Notes: a model not told the origin generated them from the sequence alone. A stretch of 63,667 nt of DNA, filler included, from Octopus bimaculoides (GCF_001194135.2; 4 parts of 4 records of this genome joined end to end with filler, not necessarily neighbours in it), one strand, 5' to 3'; positions 1 through 11,835 are shown, numbered from the whole stretch's first letter. Translations and numbers: made by a program.

Positions 1-33
<33 letters not shown>

Positions 34-72
34 TATGTGTATACATATATGCATATATATATATATATATAG

Positions 73-111
<39 letters not shown>

Positions 112-516
112 CTGGGGCTAAAAGCAACAGTAACATCCACCCCTAGGGGTCAGCCACACTTAAGTGGCAATATACTACACTTTATCTTGCAGTTACTGTT
201 AATACTTCATTTAGAGAATTAACATATATATATATATTTATATATATATATATATATATATATAACAGACAGAGATATGTTTGTGTATATACCCGTGTGT
301 GTATATGTGTTCGAGAATGTGTATTCGGTGTCAGATACATGTGGATACTTATAAACAGTTACATCGATGCCTAGTCATATGCCCCTGTGACTTCATGCAT
401 ACAAAAATTGTACATGCACACACACACACAGACACACACACACACACATACACACACACATACACACGCACACACACACACACATGTATATCCTCTCATG
501 TATGTGTGCTTGTGTG

Positions 517-566
<50 letters not shown>

Positions 567-600
567 TGTGTGTCTGTGTGTGTATGTGTGTTTGTTTGTG
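1..600. repeat. Microsatellite cluster (TA)n, (CA)n, (TG)n
   Basis: Directly visible dinucleotide runs; they explain the HT/CV-rich ORFs at 281-682. Confidence 0.95.
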
Positions 601-1214
601 CGCGTGTGTGCGGGCACTACACGCACGCGCCTATCCAGTATCACATTCCATGAGCTTTTATAGACGTGAACTTCATATCTGATCGTTTAGATGCTCAGGT
701 CGGCGTGATGAGGTAGCTACTGCTTCAGGGACTAATTTTCATCAGGTGTATGTATATATATATATATGCCTATGCGATGTGTTTTACGTTTTCAATGACT
801 AGCTTGTAATACGCAATGGGATAGTTATCTCGGTGTCTTCTGCTAAATGGGAGACAATTCTTCAACGTTGGACAGAAGTAGTCTCTTGCTTTTACTAAAA
901 ATTTAAGTGAAATTTATAATTAAGCATTTTCGTAAAGTTTATGGAATTATATGACTACCAGCAATTGGTATTTCATTAGCGAACAGCACGCTAACAGAGA
1001 GCTCTGTTGCTGATAGCAAAATAACAGTTGAGCTTTCTTATTAAGAGATACAGAGGGCTTTTGCAATTTGTGAGGTTACATTTATGGAATGGTGTTAATG
1101 ACTTATGGCTTAAAATTAGCTAATTGAATGCCCCTTTGCTTATAACAATATGACAGTTTGATAAAAAAAATATATAACAAGATACTGCATTACGTGTAGC
1201 TCCTCGTAGAGACA

Positions 1215-1272
1215 AAGACGACAATTGAGTGCTCTGGGTGTTTCGGATTATTTCCTGCTAGCTTGCCGCCTT
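1215..1272 (-). mobile_element. SINE family C, 5' head fragment
   Basis: Ends ...GCTAGCTTGCCGCCTT followed by AATAATAA, matching the head of the family C copies at 58110-58284 and 1897-2008. Confidence 0.5.
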
Positions 1273-1296
1273 AATAATAACTATAATAATAATTAT

Positions 1297-1318
1297 TAGT
1301 AGTAGTAGCAGTAGTAGC

Positions 1319-1385
<67 letters not shown>
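1297..1385. repeat. (TAG)n trinucleotide microsatellite at the 3' end of an RLE retrotransposon
   Basis: Visible run; it is (CTA)n on the element strand. Confidence 0.95.
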
Positions 1386-1800
1386 TTGCTTTTGCACAGC
1401 TTCTAACGCTGGAGATGTACTACAGTGTCAGCTGTTCACTACCAGTGAACAAAGGTAACACCTCCTATTTTTCGAGCATCTCCCGTAGTATTCGAGCGGT
1501 TCCAAGCAGTGCTGTTTTCTGCAAGTGCTCCACCCTTATTGCAGCCCCTATTTGTTCCACGTACATCTCGAGATTTTTGCTCAGTGATACCAGGGCTCCG
1601 ACAATTATTAGTACTACTGCTATCTTTTTCATCGACCACAACTGCTTAACTTCCCAAGATAACCTGTCGTTTCTCTCAACGTTTCTTTCTTCCTTATCGC
1701 ATACCTTGTTGTCAGCTGGGCATGCTATATCTATGATCCAGCCTAGTTTGTTTTCTTTCTCAATTAAGATTATGTCCGGCTTTCTATTCTCTATTACTAT
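1386..1800 (-). mobile_element. 5'-truncated R4/Dong-like non-LTR retrotransposon (RLE domain plus ~80-bp 3' UTR)
   Basis: ORF 1465-1812(-) reads RKPDIILIEKENKLGWIIDIACPAD...KE...IIVGALV...LQKTALLGTARILR, a PD-(D/E)xK restriction-like endonuclease C-terminus. Bounded by (AAT)n and (TAG)n. Confidence 0.85.
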
Positions 1801-1818
1801 TATTATTAGCATTTATTT

Positions 1819-1880
<62 letters not shown>

Positions 1881-1896
1881 CAACAACAACAACAAC

Positions 1897-2008
1897 GTCT
1901 TCACATTCTGGCACTAGGACAGCCATGAAAAGCAAAGTCGACCTCGGTGAATGTAACGCCGTTAAGCTTTTTGCCCGACTTGCTAACGGTTCTGTCTACC
2001 CGCCGCCT
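1897..2008 (-). mobile_element. SINE family C (deleted copy) between (AAT)n/(AAC)n and (GAT)n
   Basis: AAAGCAAAGTCGACCTCGG...TTGCTAACGGTTCTGTCTACCCGCCGCCTT matches other family C copies. Confidence 0.7.
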
Positions 2009-2322
2009 TAGTAATAATGATGATGATGATGATGATGATGATGATAATGACAACAACAACACGAACTACAAATAATATTTATTTATACACATAGCCTCCT
2101 AAAAATGAAAATCTGTTTTTCTTTTAAAAAGAACTATTCTGCATTACACCGTCGCTCTCCAAACTTCTGACATATTTACAGACGCTTTGCAATACCCATA
2201 AACCATACAACTGACAACCACCTATCAGTGTCTGCTCTAAAAACACTCTTAACACTTTTCCCCCCATATCTTCTGACCACACACAACTTTCCTATAACAA
2301 CACATACATTCATTCTCACCAC

Positions 2323-2383
<61 letters not shown>

Positions 2384-2771
2384 ATTTGTTCCGACACTCC
2401 GTTCTCTAAGTTTAGTCCCTTGTATTTTCCGTGTCGGTAAAAAAGCTCGTTCCAAAGTGGTGAATTAAAGGAACTATTTGAACGGCTCTTGATGTTCTGA
2501 CAGCAACGTCTCTCACGACACTGCCAAACCTTATCGACTCTAATTTTTGGCGACCTTTCCTTTGGAAAAACACCGGTATTGTGAAGAGGAGAATGCGCTA
2601 ATGCTCCTCAAAAAGTCATTTAGCATGTCTATGTGGTTCAAATACGTGCCACGGGCCACTCAGATTTATTTTTCTTAACATATTTTCGTTTATGCAAATT
2701 ACCAAGACTTTAAGTATGTTCTAATCTATTTCTCTATATACATTTGTCTACTAGAGATGATGTAGGACGAT

Positions 2772-2816
2772 TTCTGTGCTGATGACACCTACCGAAGCAG
2801 AAACATGTATACAGAG
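2772..2816 (+). ncRNA. Degenerate minimal (Penelope-type) hammerhead ribozyme motif
   Basis: CTGATGA at 2779-2785, GAAAC at 2800-2804, palindromic ACATGT stem III, GTA triplet at 2807-2809, and stem I TTCTGTG/TACAGAG. Stem II lacks the closing G-C pair. Confidence 0.35.
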
Positions 2817-2998
2817 TTATTTTCTTGTGCCCACACAATCAGACTGTCTTTTCTATACTGACGCGTCAATCTTAAAAAACTTTGATGATTCTTGAGATTA
2901 TTTCCCCCTTTTCATTTGAAGTTCATCCAATTGCCTTGAAGCAAATGTTTTACCATTCCATGAAGTAAAGGTAATTTCTATAAAACAAGAATCTATTT

Positions 2999-3085
2999 TG
3001 TGGCAGTCCCATGAAAGAGAAGAATGCTACTGCTATTTAACCCTAGGAAACACCGTTTCAAGTTCGCCATGACATATTTCCTGTG
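2999..3085 (-). repeat. Fragment of the foldback element at 6597-6848, in inverted orientation
   Basis: TGTGGCAGTCCCATGAAAGAGAAGAATGCTACTGCTATTTAACCCTAGGAAACACCGTTTC is a near reverse complement of 6690-6770. Confidence 0.8.
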
Positions 3086-3599
3086 TCCTTATGTTTTCAA
3101 AGGGGAGATAAGCACCTCCACCCAGCAAAGCCAGCATCCAGAGATTAGTTTCAGAGTCATTGCTCACCATTAGTCTGGAGTAGCATAGCTTTATTCTTTA
3201 TTACTGGCACAAGGTCTAACACAGAGGGGACATAGACAGACTTGCAGGAACAAAAAATACATGAAACGATGAATGTGAAATTAATTAAATTACAATGAAA
3301 ATGAGACGACTCTCTCGCTCCCGCTCCGAGATGACACCGTGGGTTCCTTTCTCCTTTAAAACTTTACATTTTACCTAATAATTTCCAGCCTCGTTCTGAG
3401 GCGAAACCGCGATTTCCCTTTTCGCTTTCACCATACAATTTTAAATCTTTTTAAACAAATGTTCATTCATATACTTCAAGAATTTACTTATTTCCTTTTT
3501 TCTCCCTTTCTTTTCAAAAAAAAAACAATAAGTTTAACGAAATGTTTTTCACAGATGTTACAGCTTATAAAATAAATAGTTCCGTCCGGACGTGTTTTT

Positions 3600-5010
3600 G
3601 CTTCACTGCGGTTTTTTTTTTTTTTTGTTGCAGCGGTTTTTGAGTGTAGTGCCACCATGTTTGGTGAGCGTTGCTGAGATGGAGAAAATGAAGACATAGG
3701 CGACAGCGACGGGGAGTCGGGCTTCCGTCGTCCTAGGCCTGCTGAAGCAATACGAAATGCGCTGGGATGAAGACATGGCTAAGAAATTTGGAAAATATCT
3801 AGAGATGGTACGGAAAAAGGGGCCAAACGTTAAGTTGACCCCATAAGAGGAGGAAAAGGCGAAAATGAAAATTAAGGTGGTGGAATATAGATCGTTTTCA
3901 AGGAAAAATAGAAGAAGAGAGAGCGCAACGAAGGAGGAAGTGGAAGAGTGTTTGAAGGAATTGAAAGAAGATATGTCGTTTTTCACAAGAGGTAAGATAT
4001 ACGTGTCTGTAGAGATCACATTTGTATCGGAGGAGGCAGCAAGGAAATACGCCAATAATGATAACCAGTACCCAACAAATATATTGGTGGGTGTATGATT
4101 TGGAGGTGGTTTTCATGGCAAGTCAGTATACGATACCATACTGGAGGCACTGGAAATGCCAAACGAGGACAAGTTGGATATAATGTTGAAGGGAGACCTT
4201 CAAAGTGCTATGAATGTGGCAAAAGCGGTCACATTAAAAGAAGGTGCCCATAAATAATGGAAAACATAGAAATGGAAACGCAAGAAGGCGTGATAGAGGA
4301 GTGGAAACAGACACAGAAAGAGGAACAAAGAGCTGATTTTGAGGAAGCTAAGAAAGAGCATCCAAGGAAGACAGAAAGGAGGGGCTTATCGCCGAAAGTT
4401 GAACAAGGAAAGAAATATAAATCACAGGATCAAGTGGGATCACCGAGGAAAGAAGATAAAATCAGAACATCACCAAATAGACATACAGACTCACAATCGC
4501 ACAAACATACTGATTCACAGACGCATAAACACACAGACATATATACACATGGAAGCGTAAAAGATAACAGAGTTGCAGAAACCAAAAAGCACAGACACAC
4601 AAGCAGACTTACAGTCACACAAACATGCAGAGCCACAGACAAATAAACATACAGACATACAGCTACAAATAAATATACAAGAACAGACACATGATAGTAC
4701 AGAGTCACAAAAACAAAAATGAACAGACATACAGACGCAAGAGGTACACAGGAACAGAATATATTTGATAACATATCGGTCGATAAAAAAAATAGAAAGG
4801 AAAATAACTAAAATGAAAGATATTGTTAAAGTGGACCTCTCGGAGGTCTACGATAAGGAGACGAGATGGATTTTGATGGAAAAAGATAAGTATAGAAAGT
4901 TAAAAGAGGCTTTCACATCAGATATAAACCCACTAGAGCCCGAGGTGAATTTCGAACACAGCACTCCAGTGGTGAACTATGAGGAAATTAAGAACTCTAT
5001 AAAATGGTAA
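3600..5010 (+). pseudogene. LINE (L1/Tx1-like) ORF1 gag-like pseudogene with 5' UTR remnant; no ORF2
   Basis: Interrupted frame MKT*ATATG...KIKVVEYRSF...FFTRGKIYVSVEITFVSEEAARKY; CCHC zinc knuckle CYECGKSGHIKRRCP at ~4213-4250; charged low-complexity tail; stops and frameshifts. Clade assignment is inference. Confidence 0.7.
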
Positions 5011-5099
5011 GTAGAGTTTTATTTTGAAAAGAACTGTTGAGATAATTTTGAAAACAACTTTGGAAAATTGTTGAAATAACGTAACCACCCCTTCATCTT

Positions 5100-6560
5100 T
5101 TCCTTTTCATCCACATTTTTCACCACCGAGGCGCGAGGTTCAACATCTTCCTCCGTCCTCAGTGGGTCCAATCATTCACAATGTCTTTCAATTTTGAAAT
5201 TCTTTCAAGTTTGGGGTGTCCTATATTTCACTATAAATTTTCTTTTTGTTTGTGTTTTGCATGTTGTCGCTTTTTGTCTCTATATTTGCATGTTGTCGCT
5301 TTTTGTTTTTGTATTTCTGCAGTTTTTGGCTTTTGTATGATTGTATCTGTGTTCGTTTGACTGTAATTCTACGCGTTTCGTCTGTGTGCCTATGTCTTTA
5401 GGTTTCCGTAATTCTGGGTTGTCTTGTTTTTTGTTCGTCTATACTTCTGTGCTTTTGCATGTCTATGTGTTTGAGTGTCTGCTGGTCTGAATGACTTTGT
5501 ACTTGTAAGTCTTTTACTGGTGATCCTATTGGTAAATCTTCCCCATTTCTCGTCGTGGGTTGGGTTTCCTCTTCCATTGCTTTGTACTTCTTCAATTCCA
5601 CTGCCGTCGGTTACTTCCTTCTCTCTCTTTTTCTGGCTTTCCCCTCCGCAAAGTTCCCGTCATGTTCTGTTTCTGCTGTTTTTCTACCGTTATATTCTCC
5701 TGAATACTCTCCTCTGCTATTTCCACTGCTGCTCTAGGGCATTTCTTTCTCAAGTGCTCTCTTACACCACATCCGTAACACTTAGGGGTCTCCCCTCCAG
5801 CCTTTCTTCATTTGGTAGCTCTAAAGTTTCAGGTATTTCGTCGTAATATTTCGGGCTCACTGAACAAATTATCTCTAATCTGTAGCCCTACCACTTCATT
5901 TCTTGGGTTCGGCTTATCATGCCAATCCTCACGTCTACGCTTTCCTTCCTCATCTCCGAATAAAAAATTGCGGCTATTATTCACTCTGGGTCTATCGACG
6001 GTGAGATTCTTTCCACCCTAATTCTAACAATTATTTTGCCCAAACAGTTTGGCATCAAAGTCCATTTTTCTCCCTGTATCAGCCTGTTGGAGGTTTTTTT
6101 CGCCTCCTCTTCTGATAAAAAGGTTACCACTATAGACGCATATCTCTTTCCTCTCGTAAAGAACGTTATGGTGTCTCCTATATGTTCTTCTAAAATTTCT
6201 TCTATTTCTTCCTGCGGCGCGTGTTCAATTCTTCTATTTTCATTCGAAAATGCCTTGAATATGACCGTCTTCTTTTCTCGTTTCACTTTTCCTCCTCTGG
6301 CAGGGTCATCTTTATGTTTGACTCTTCTTTCTTTACCATACCATAATATTTGTTTATCAGCTCTTCATTCCACTGTATCATCTCCGGCTTCAGAAAACGT
6401 GGGTCTAAGGGACCTCGACCTCCAGTAGCTTCTGCATAACTTCTCATTTTTCTCAATTATTCACTACTACCCAACAATGGTGGCTTCGCACAAAACTTCG
6501 GCTAGAGTTCTTCAAAAAACAACAAAAAAATGGCTTGGTAGCTGCCGATGCTTATTCGCC
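5100..6560 (-). pseudogene. Second, divergent LINE ORF1 gag-like pseudogene with 5' UTR remnant; no ORF2
   Basis: MRSYAEATGG...KREKKTVIFKAF...FFTRGKRYASIVVTFLSEEEAKK aligns by eye with the + copy; CCHC knuckle CYGCGVREHLRKKCP at ~5735-5780. Confidence 0.7.
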
Positions 6561-6596
6561 TTAGGTTTCAAGTGAAATACACTGATTTCGAAACTA

Positions 6597-6848
6597 GAAA
6601 TATTACATTTCTAAATCTCTCAGGGATTTATACAGTAGCAGCACGATAAAGTGATGGTATGTTTCCAACTTAATGTGGCAGTCCCAGAAAATGTGTCATA
6701 GCAAACTAGAAACGGTGTTTCCTAGGGCTACATAGCAGTAGCATTCTTCCCTTTCATGGGACTGCCACATTAAGTTGGCAACATACCATCACTTTATTGT
6801 GTTGCTACTGTATAAATCTCCCTGAGAGATTTAGAAATGTAATATTTC
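6597..6848. mobile_element. Foldback/MITE with ~90-bp terminal inverted repeats and TA flanks
   Basis: Arms 6597-6686 and 6757-6848 are near-identical reverse complements (about 3 substitutions and one 2-bp indel); 70-bp spacer; TA on both sides. Confidence 0.85.
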
Positions 6849-7584
6849 TAAGAATCTATTTTTATAGTATTTAATATATGCACTAGTCACTCTCAATAAT
6901 TTCTCTTGGCTCATTTTCGAATTTGTTATTGTTGTGCGTTTCTTGATCGGTCTTGGTAAAAAAAAATACTATGAAGAAAATGTCCCTAGGGGAGATTATC
7001 ACTTTGTTTGCATATAAGGTATTATGTTATTCAATATAGCCTTTATTTAAGTTGATAAGGTGTAACTTTAAGTAATTTAACTGCAATTTTCAGCAGGTTG
7101 TGCGATCTTGTATCAATTCCCTATTGAAGACAAAAAAAAAAAACACTAATGAAAAATTCTCTCTCCTCTCCTTGTCTTACACTTTCTTTTCAAGTTTTCA
7201 GATCAAGTCACTGAAGTAAAAGACTTAATTTATTCATCTCCTTTAGGAGTTGTGCGAGGCTTGACTTTGATGGAAGAGGTGCACTTTCGGTTACAATGTA
7301 CGCATCAACACATTAGCACCAACATTATTAGTTAGAAAGGCTCATTAGCTGAACTTATCTCAAGATAATTTGTTTTGATCTTCCTCTTTCTTTCTCTCTC
7401 TACCTCTCTCTCATAAGTATGTATGTATGTATTCACCTGCTTGTTAATTTCTCAATTCCCCCTCTCTCCCTTTTATTACTTCCATGCTTTCTCTATCTAC
7501 CTCACATACTTTTGATCTACATAAATATTTTTTCTTATATATTTGGCAAATTCCTGTTTCCTCTTTTGCCCAATACAATTACTT

Positions 7585-7790
7585 AGTGGAAGCACGCGGC
7601 TTCGTGGTTAAGGTGGACTCATGATCGCAAGATTGTGGTTTCGATTCTTAGACTAGGTGATGAGTTGTGTTCTTGAGATTAAAAATTTCATTCACGTGGC
7701 TCTAGTCCAATCAGCTAGCAAAAATGAGTAATATGTTGAAGTGGCATCAAGCTTGGCAAGCTGGCGATGGGTGGTGGAGCCTGCCTAAAC
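7585..7790 (+). mobile_element. tRNA-derived SINE head (family A-related)
   Basis: GGAAGCACGCGGCTTCGTGGTTAAGG...GGTTTCGATTC with A-box-like and B-box-like motifs, followed by a non-tRNA body. Confidence 0.6.
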
Positions 7791-9907
7791 TACAAACAGG
7801 AGGTTAACTTCCGGACTGATGGGCCAGAGGCCTACTCTGGTGTTGAGTATTACAACAGCTTAAATAGAATGTTTTAAGTCATCAATTTAATTTTTATACT
7901 TTGAAGTCTTCAAAAATATAATATAATAGTACAATACCGATGATGATTTAAGTATATATACATTTATCCATAGGAAAAATCACATGATGTCGTTAATCCT
8001 TTATTGTTATTGTATTAAAATGAATCTGTGAATTGAGAGATATGATAAATACGTCGGAGCGTCGGGATTCATGCGTTACACCATTTAACTTCGTCATTCT
8101 ACGTTCTGCGATCAAATACTACTGGAACTAACTTCGCTTTTCATCTTTGTTATATCTATAAAATAAATATACTAATGCACAGAGGTCAATTTAATTGACT
8201 GTAGTCTTCTTTTATGCCTGTGGAAGAAACCTTCATTGTGGTCTTAGAACTGTTGTTGTGTAACTATAACACCATTAATGGATACACCTCTGTAACTTGT
8301 AAGCGTATAAATGAATGCAAAATTTGATATATTCAAATATTGAAAAACCTAGCGATCTCAGGTCAGCTTGAGGTTAACGGATACGATTTGTTAATAATCC
8401 TTTATCTATAACCTCTTCAATCTTGTAAAGCTACCAACATTTCACCTTGCCAATTATGGAAATTATCTATCAACGTGAGATAGTTTACACATTCATATTT
8501 CTCCGCAAGCTGTTAATCTTCATTGTGTAAGTCCACACGTATTTAATTTTATATTCCATGAATTACTTTTTTCGACCTGGTAAATTGTCCTACAACATGC
8601 ATTTCCGTATGCAATCTTGCTATTCTTAAAGTAACCTACACATCATTGCTTACCGGTGAAAAGGAAAAGAAAATAAGGTTTAAAAGTTCAATGCAGTGCT
8701 TGTGATACTAGGTAAACCTCTAAAACTGAATACAAATTACAATTAGTTCTAAGCTGGACAGTAGATACAGTGGTATAATCAACGACCATTCTTTTTAAAA
8801 TGAAATAGTTGAGTATAAGACAGGAATAAACTATCCGCTGCAGTTAGCTATCAGAACACTAACTTTCAAAATTTCCATGCTTTCCGAAATTCGCCGGCAC
8901 TAATCCTGACGTACCTACACACACTTCCCTCTTTATTGCTCTTTTATTGTTCACTTTTCTGTATTCTTGTGTTGTACCATGTGTTCTATTTATGTACATT
9001 TAGCTTTTATTAATGTCTTTCTTTACTTGACGTATAATGTTGCATTCTGTCCCCTCTTTTATCTTTTCCGCTGAGTTGAAGTGCACCTGTGTAGTGTATA
9101 CAATACGTTCATTATTGTTGCTGGGGCTTCTGTCTGACAGTAGCAAATTTGAAACTATTTTCCTGTGGTTTAAATCTCTGTTAGACGGATTTAGTTTCCA
9201 GTCCCCGAAATTGTCGTAAAAGTATTGTTCCGATCAGACAAATTAATAATGTAAGAAAAAGGGGTAAACTTCTGACCGCAACAACTAAGTGTTCAAACAG
9301 GGAAGTAAATGTTCATATATGGAGATTATGTCTAGTTTCAAAGTATGTAGTGAACGGTCCGACCCGTATGCAGCTCCGTCTCTCGTTCTCGTTCTATTCA
9401 CGCCAAGCTCCCGCTGTCTTCCCTATTCCCCTTTTTAACAGAAAGTACGAGATTACCTGCCTTGCTAGTTAACAGGAAGTGAACGAGGTTACCTGTCTCG
9501 TACTATGCTAACTTCCTGTATATATATATGGTTGTTCATACCAACGTTATTTCATTTCTGCCAAACAGTCGTTGACAAACGTTTATCTTGCCCCTTTCGG
9601 AAAATATAGGTTAAGTTCTCACCCTTCATTATCTTATCGGAATACATAACAGTATTAATTTGATAAATGCAGAGTTAAAATTATTAGCGTATTCTTGTTT
9701 GCTTTTACCTATTTGTTTTTGTTTATGTTACCTTTGCCCTTTCTCTTTATTTCATACTCAGTATGTCACTCTAACTATATCCTTTTATTCTCTCTCTTCT
9801 TTCTTGCCCTCTCTCTTCTTTTCACTCCTCTCTCTTCCATTCTGTCTTTGCTTCTTTTAGTTCTTTTCTTTCTTTCTTTGTCCTTACTTTTTTTTACACA
9901 TTATTAA

Positions 9908-10125
9908 AGCAGCGTGCAAGCAGAATTGCTAGCACGCTGGAAAAAATGCTTAGCGGCATTTCATCCGTCTTCACGTTCTGAGTTCAAATTCCGCCGAAGT
10001 TGACTTTGCGTTTCACCTTTCGAGGTCGATAAGTTAAGTACCAGTGAATTACTGGGGTCAATGTAAGTGACTAGTCCCCTCGCCAAAAATTCCAAGCCTC
10101 GTACCTATTGTAGAATGTATTGTTG
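9908..10125 (+). mobile_element. SINE family C, near full length
   Basis: GCAGAATTGCTAGCACGC...GAGTTCAAATTCCGCCGAAGTTGACTTTGC...GTACCAGT...CCCCTCGCCAAAAATT; ATT-rich flanks. Confidence 0.8.
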
Positions 10126-10313
10126 CACATTATTATATTGTGGACAGTTTGGCAAAATCATATGAGTTGGTGCACTGTGTCAAGCTCCAACGTCTATTTT
10201 GGCATAGCTTCCATGGCTGGATGCCTTTCTTATCACCCGTGTGTGTGTGTGTGTGTGTGAAAAATTCCAGTAGAATAAATAATGAATAAATTTCAACTGT
10301 TATATCTTAATTT

Positions 10314-10884
10314 GGATCTTTTTTAAAACGGGGGCCACATTTTTCATTAACGAAACACTTTGAAACTTGGAACACTGGTAGAATGGGTCATATAAAACAT
10401 CTTTTTCTCTTAGTCTTCTTTAAAAAAAAAGAAATCCATAAATTATTCCATNNNNNNNNNNNNNNNNNNNNNNNNNNNNNNNNNNNNNNNNGTATTTCTG
10501 TAATTTCAACCAATCACTGACGTCCATTCAGCCGATATACATTAAGTGCCGACTACATAAACAAACGATTCTGAAACAATTAACCCTAACCCTAACCCTA
10601 GGGTTAGGGTTAAAGCAAATTTAAAATGAAAAAAGCAAATAAAACGAAGAATCGTTTGTTTATGTAGTCGGCACTTAATGTATATCGGCTGAATGGACGT
10701 CAGTGATTGGTTGAAATTATCGAAATAAGACAATTTTTTACATGAAATAAATTCGAATACAAAAATATTTTTCTGTTCTATAACACAAAATAGATAAGTA
10801 TACGAAGTTTGAAAGTCTTTCGGTACCAAAAACACTACGTAAAACATTAATGAAAAATGTGGCCCCCGTTTTAAAAAAGATCCC
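10314..10884. mobile_element. Non-autonomous DNA element with nested inverted repeats and a central telomeric palindrome
   Basis: Outer 37-bp IR at 10314-10350/10847-10883; inner ~70-bp IR at 10501-10571/10650-10720; TAACCCTAACCCTAGGGTTAGGGTTA at 10587-10612; right end ...GATCCC-TTAA. Contains a small N gap. Confidence 0.8.
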
Positions 10885-11209
10885 TTAATTTAGCAATAAA
10901 TTTGAGAATCGTAGGTATGAGTAAGCTAGAATTTGATATGAGACATGAAAATAGAGTGAAAAGATAAACTTTTGTAAATATGATTTAAACTGCAATTAAC
11001 ATAATTTATTCTATATGGAGGTTGATGAAGTGGTTGATTTCTCGAGTCATGCTTTACAAAATATAGGGTGGGGAGACAATAAAAGAGAGATATAGAGTGA
11101 GTTAACATAAGAGGTGCAGGATGAGTGTACATCCACTCGACTTAGTGGAAAGCAGAAGGGGAGTAAATGACAGCGATAACTGAACAGGCAGAGGGGACTG
11201 GGGATTATT

Positions 11210-11760
11210 TAACTTTAGTTTCAAACTTTGTTTCTTCAGGTGCAACAAAAAAAAATGTATTTGAAACATTGCCTTTTATGACAGATTAGGGAACAAGATG
11301 AGCAATTTTTAAGAAAATGTCAACAATATGTGAACATTGAAGAGTTACTTAAATATACACCGTTAGTAAAGAAATATAAAAAATAAAAAAGAAGAAACTG
11401 AAAAAGAAACAAAAAGGAATGGCAAAAAAGAAGAAAAATATAAAAGGAATGTACAAAAGATAAATAATTAAATAAATAAAACCAATAAAACTAAAACAGA
11501 TTCTTTTTTTTTTTTTTTTAGAAAGGGCTCTATACTTCTTTCCTATTTTTTCTGACCAGGCTCCCGTGGTTTTATGGGTTTTTCCACGTGTAACCTTTCC
11601 TTTTTCGAAGCGCCTCCGCCTTTTCTATTTATTTATTTATCTATTTATTTGTTACATCTTTTCTCCGTATTCTTCCTCTGTTTAGACGAACTTTCCTACC
11701 TTTTCGGACAAAACCTTTTGTAACCTTCGTCCTGTCTTTGTCCTTACATGTTTTTAATTG
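11210..11760. mobile_element. Two probable L1/Tx1-like LINE 3' tails, tail-to-tail
   Basis: A-rich end on + at ~11500 and a poly(T) run at 11503-11519 (poly(A) on -), preceded by purine-rich degenerate coding-like sequence. Weak evidence. Confidence 0.3.
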
Positions 11761-11804
11761 ATATTAGCCCTTGTGGCCAATAAAACGAATTATTATATTG
11801 TCAC

Positions 11805-11835
<31 letters not shown>

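Noticed and set aside
3370-3420. Hammerhead-like GCCTC-GTTCT-GAGGC-GAAAC hairpin
   Set aside because: No CTGANGA core directly upstream of the stem.
9435-9519. HDV-like ribozyme on the minus strand (contains CCTCGT)
   Set aside because: P3 cannot be paired in any register, and the G-G of P1.1 and the J4/2 motif are missing.
10581-10613. Ancestral telomere-fusion site
   Set aside because: Fusions read (TTAGGG)n-(CCCTAA)n; this is the opposite orientation, only 2-3 units long and inside a TIR element.
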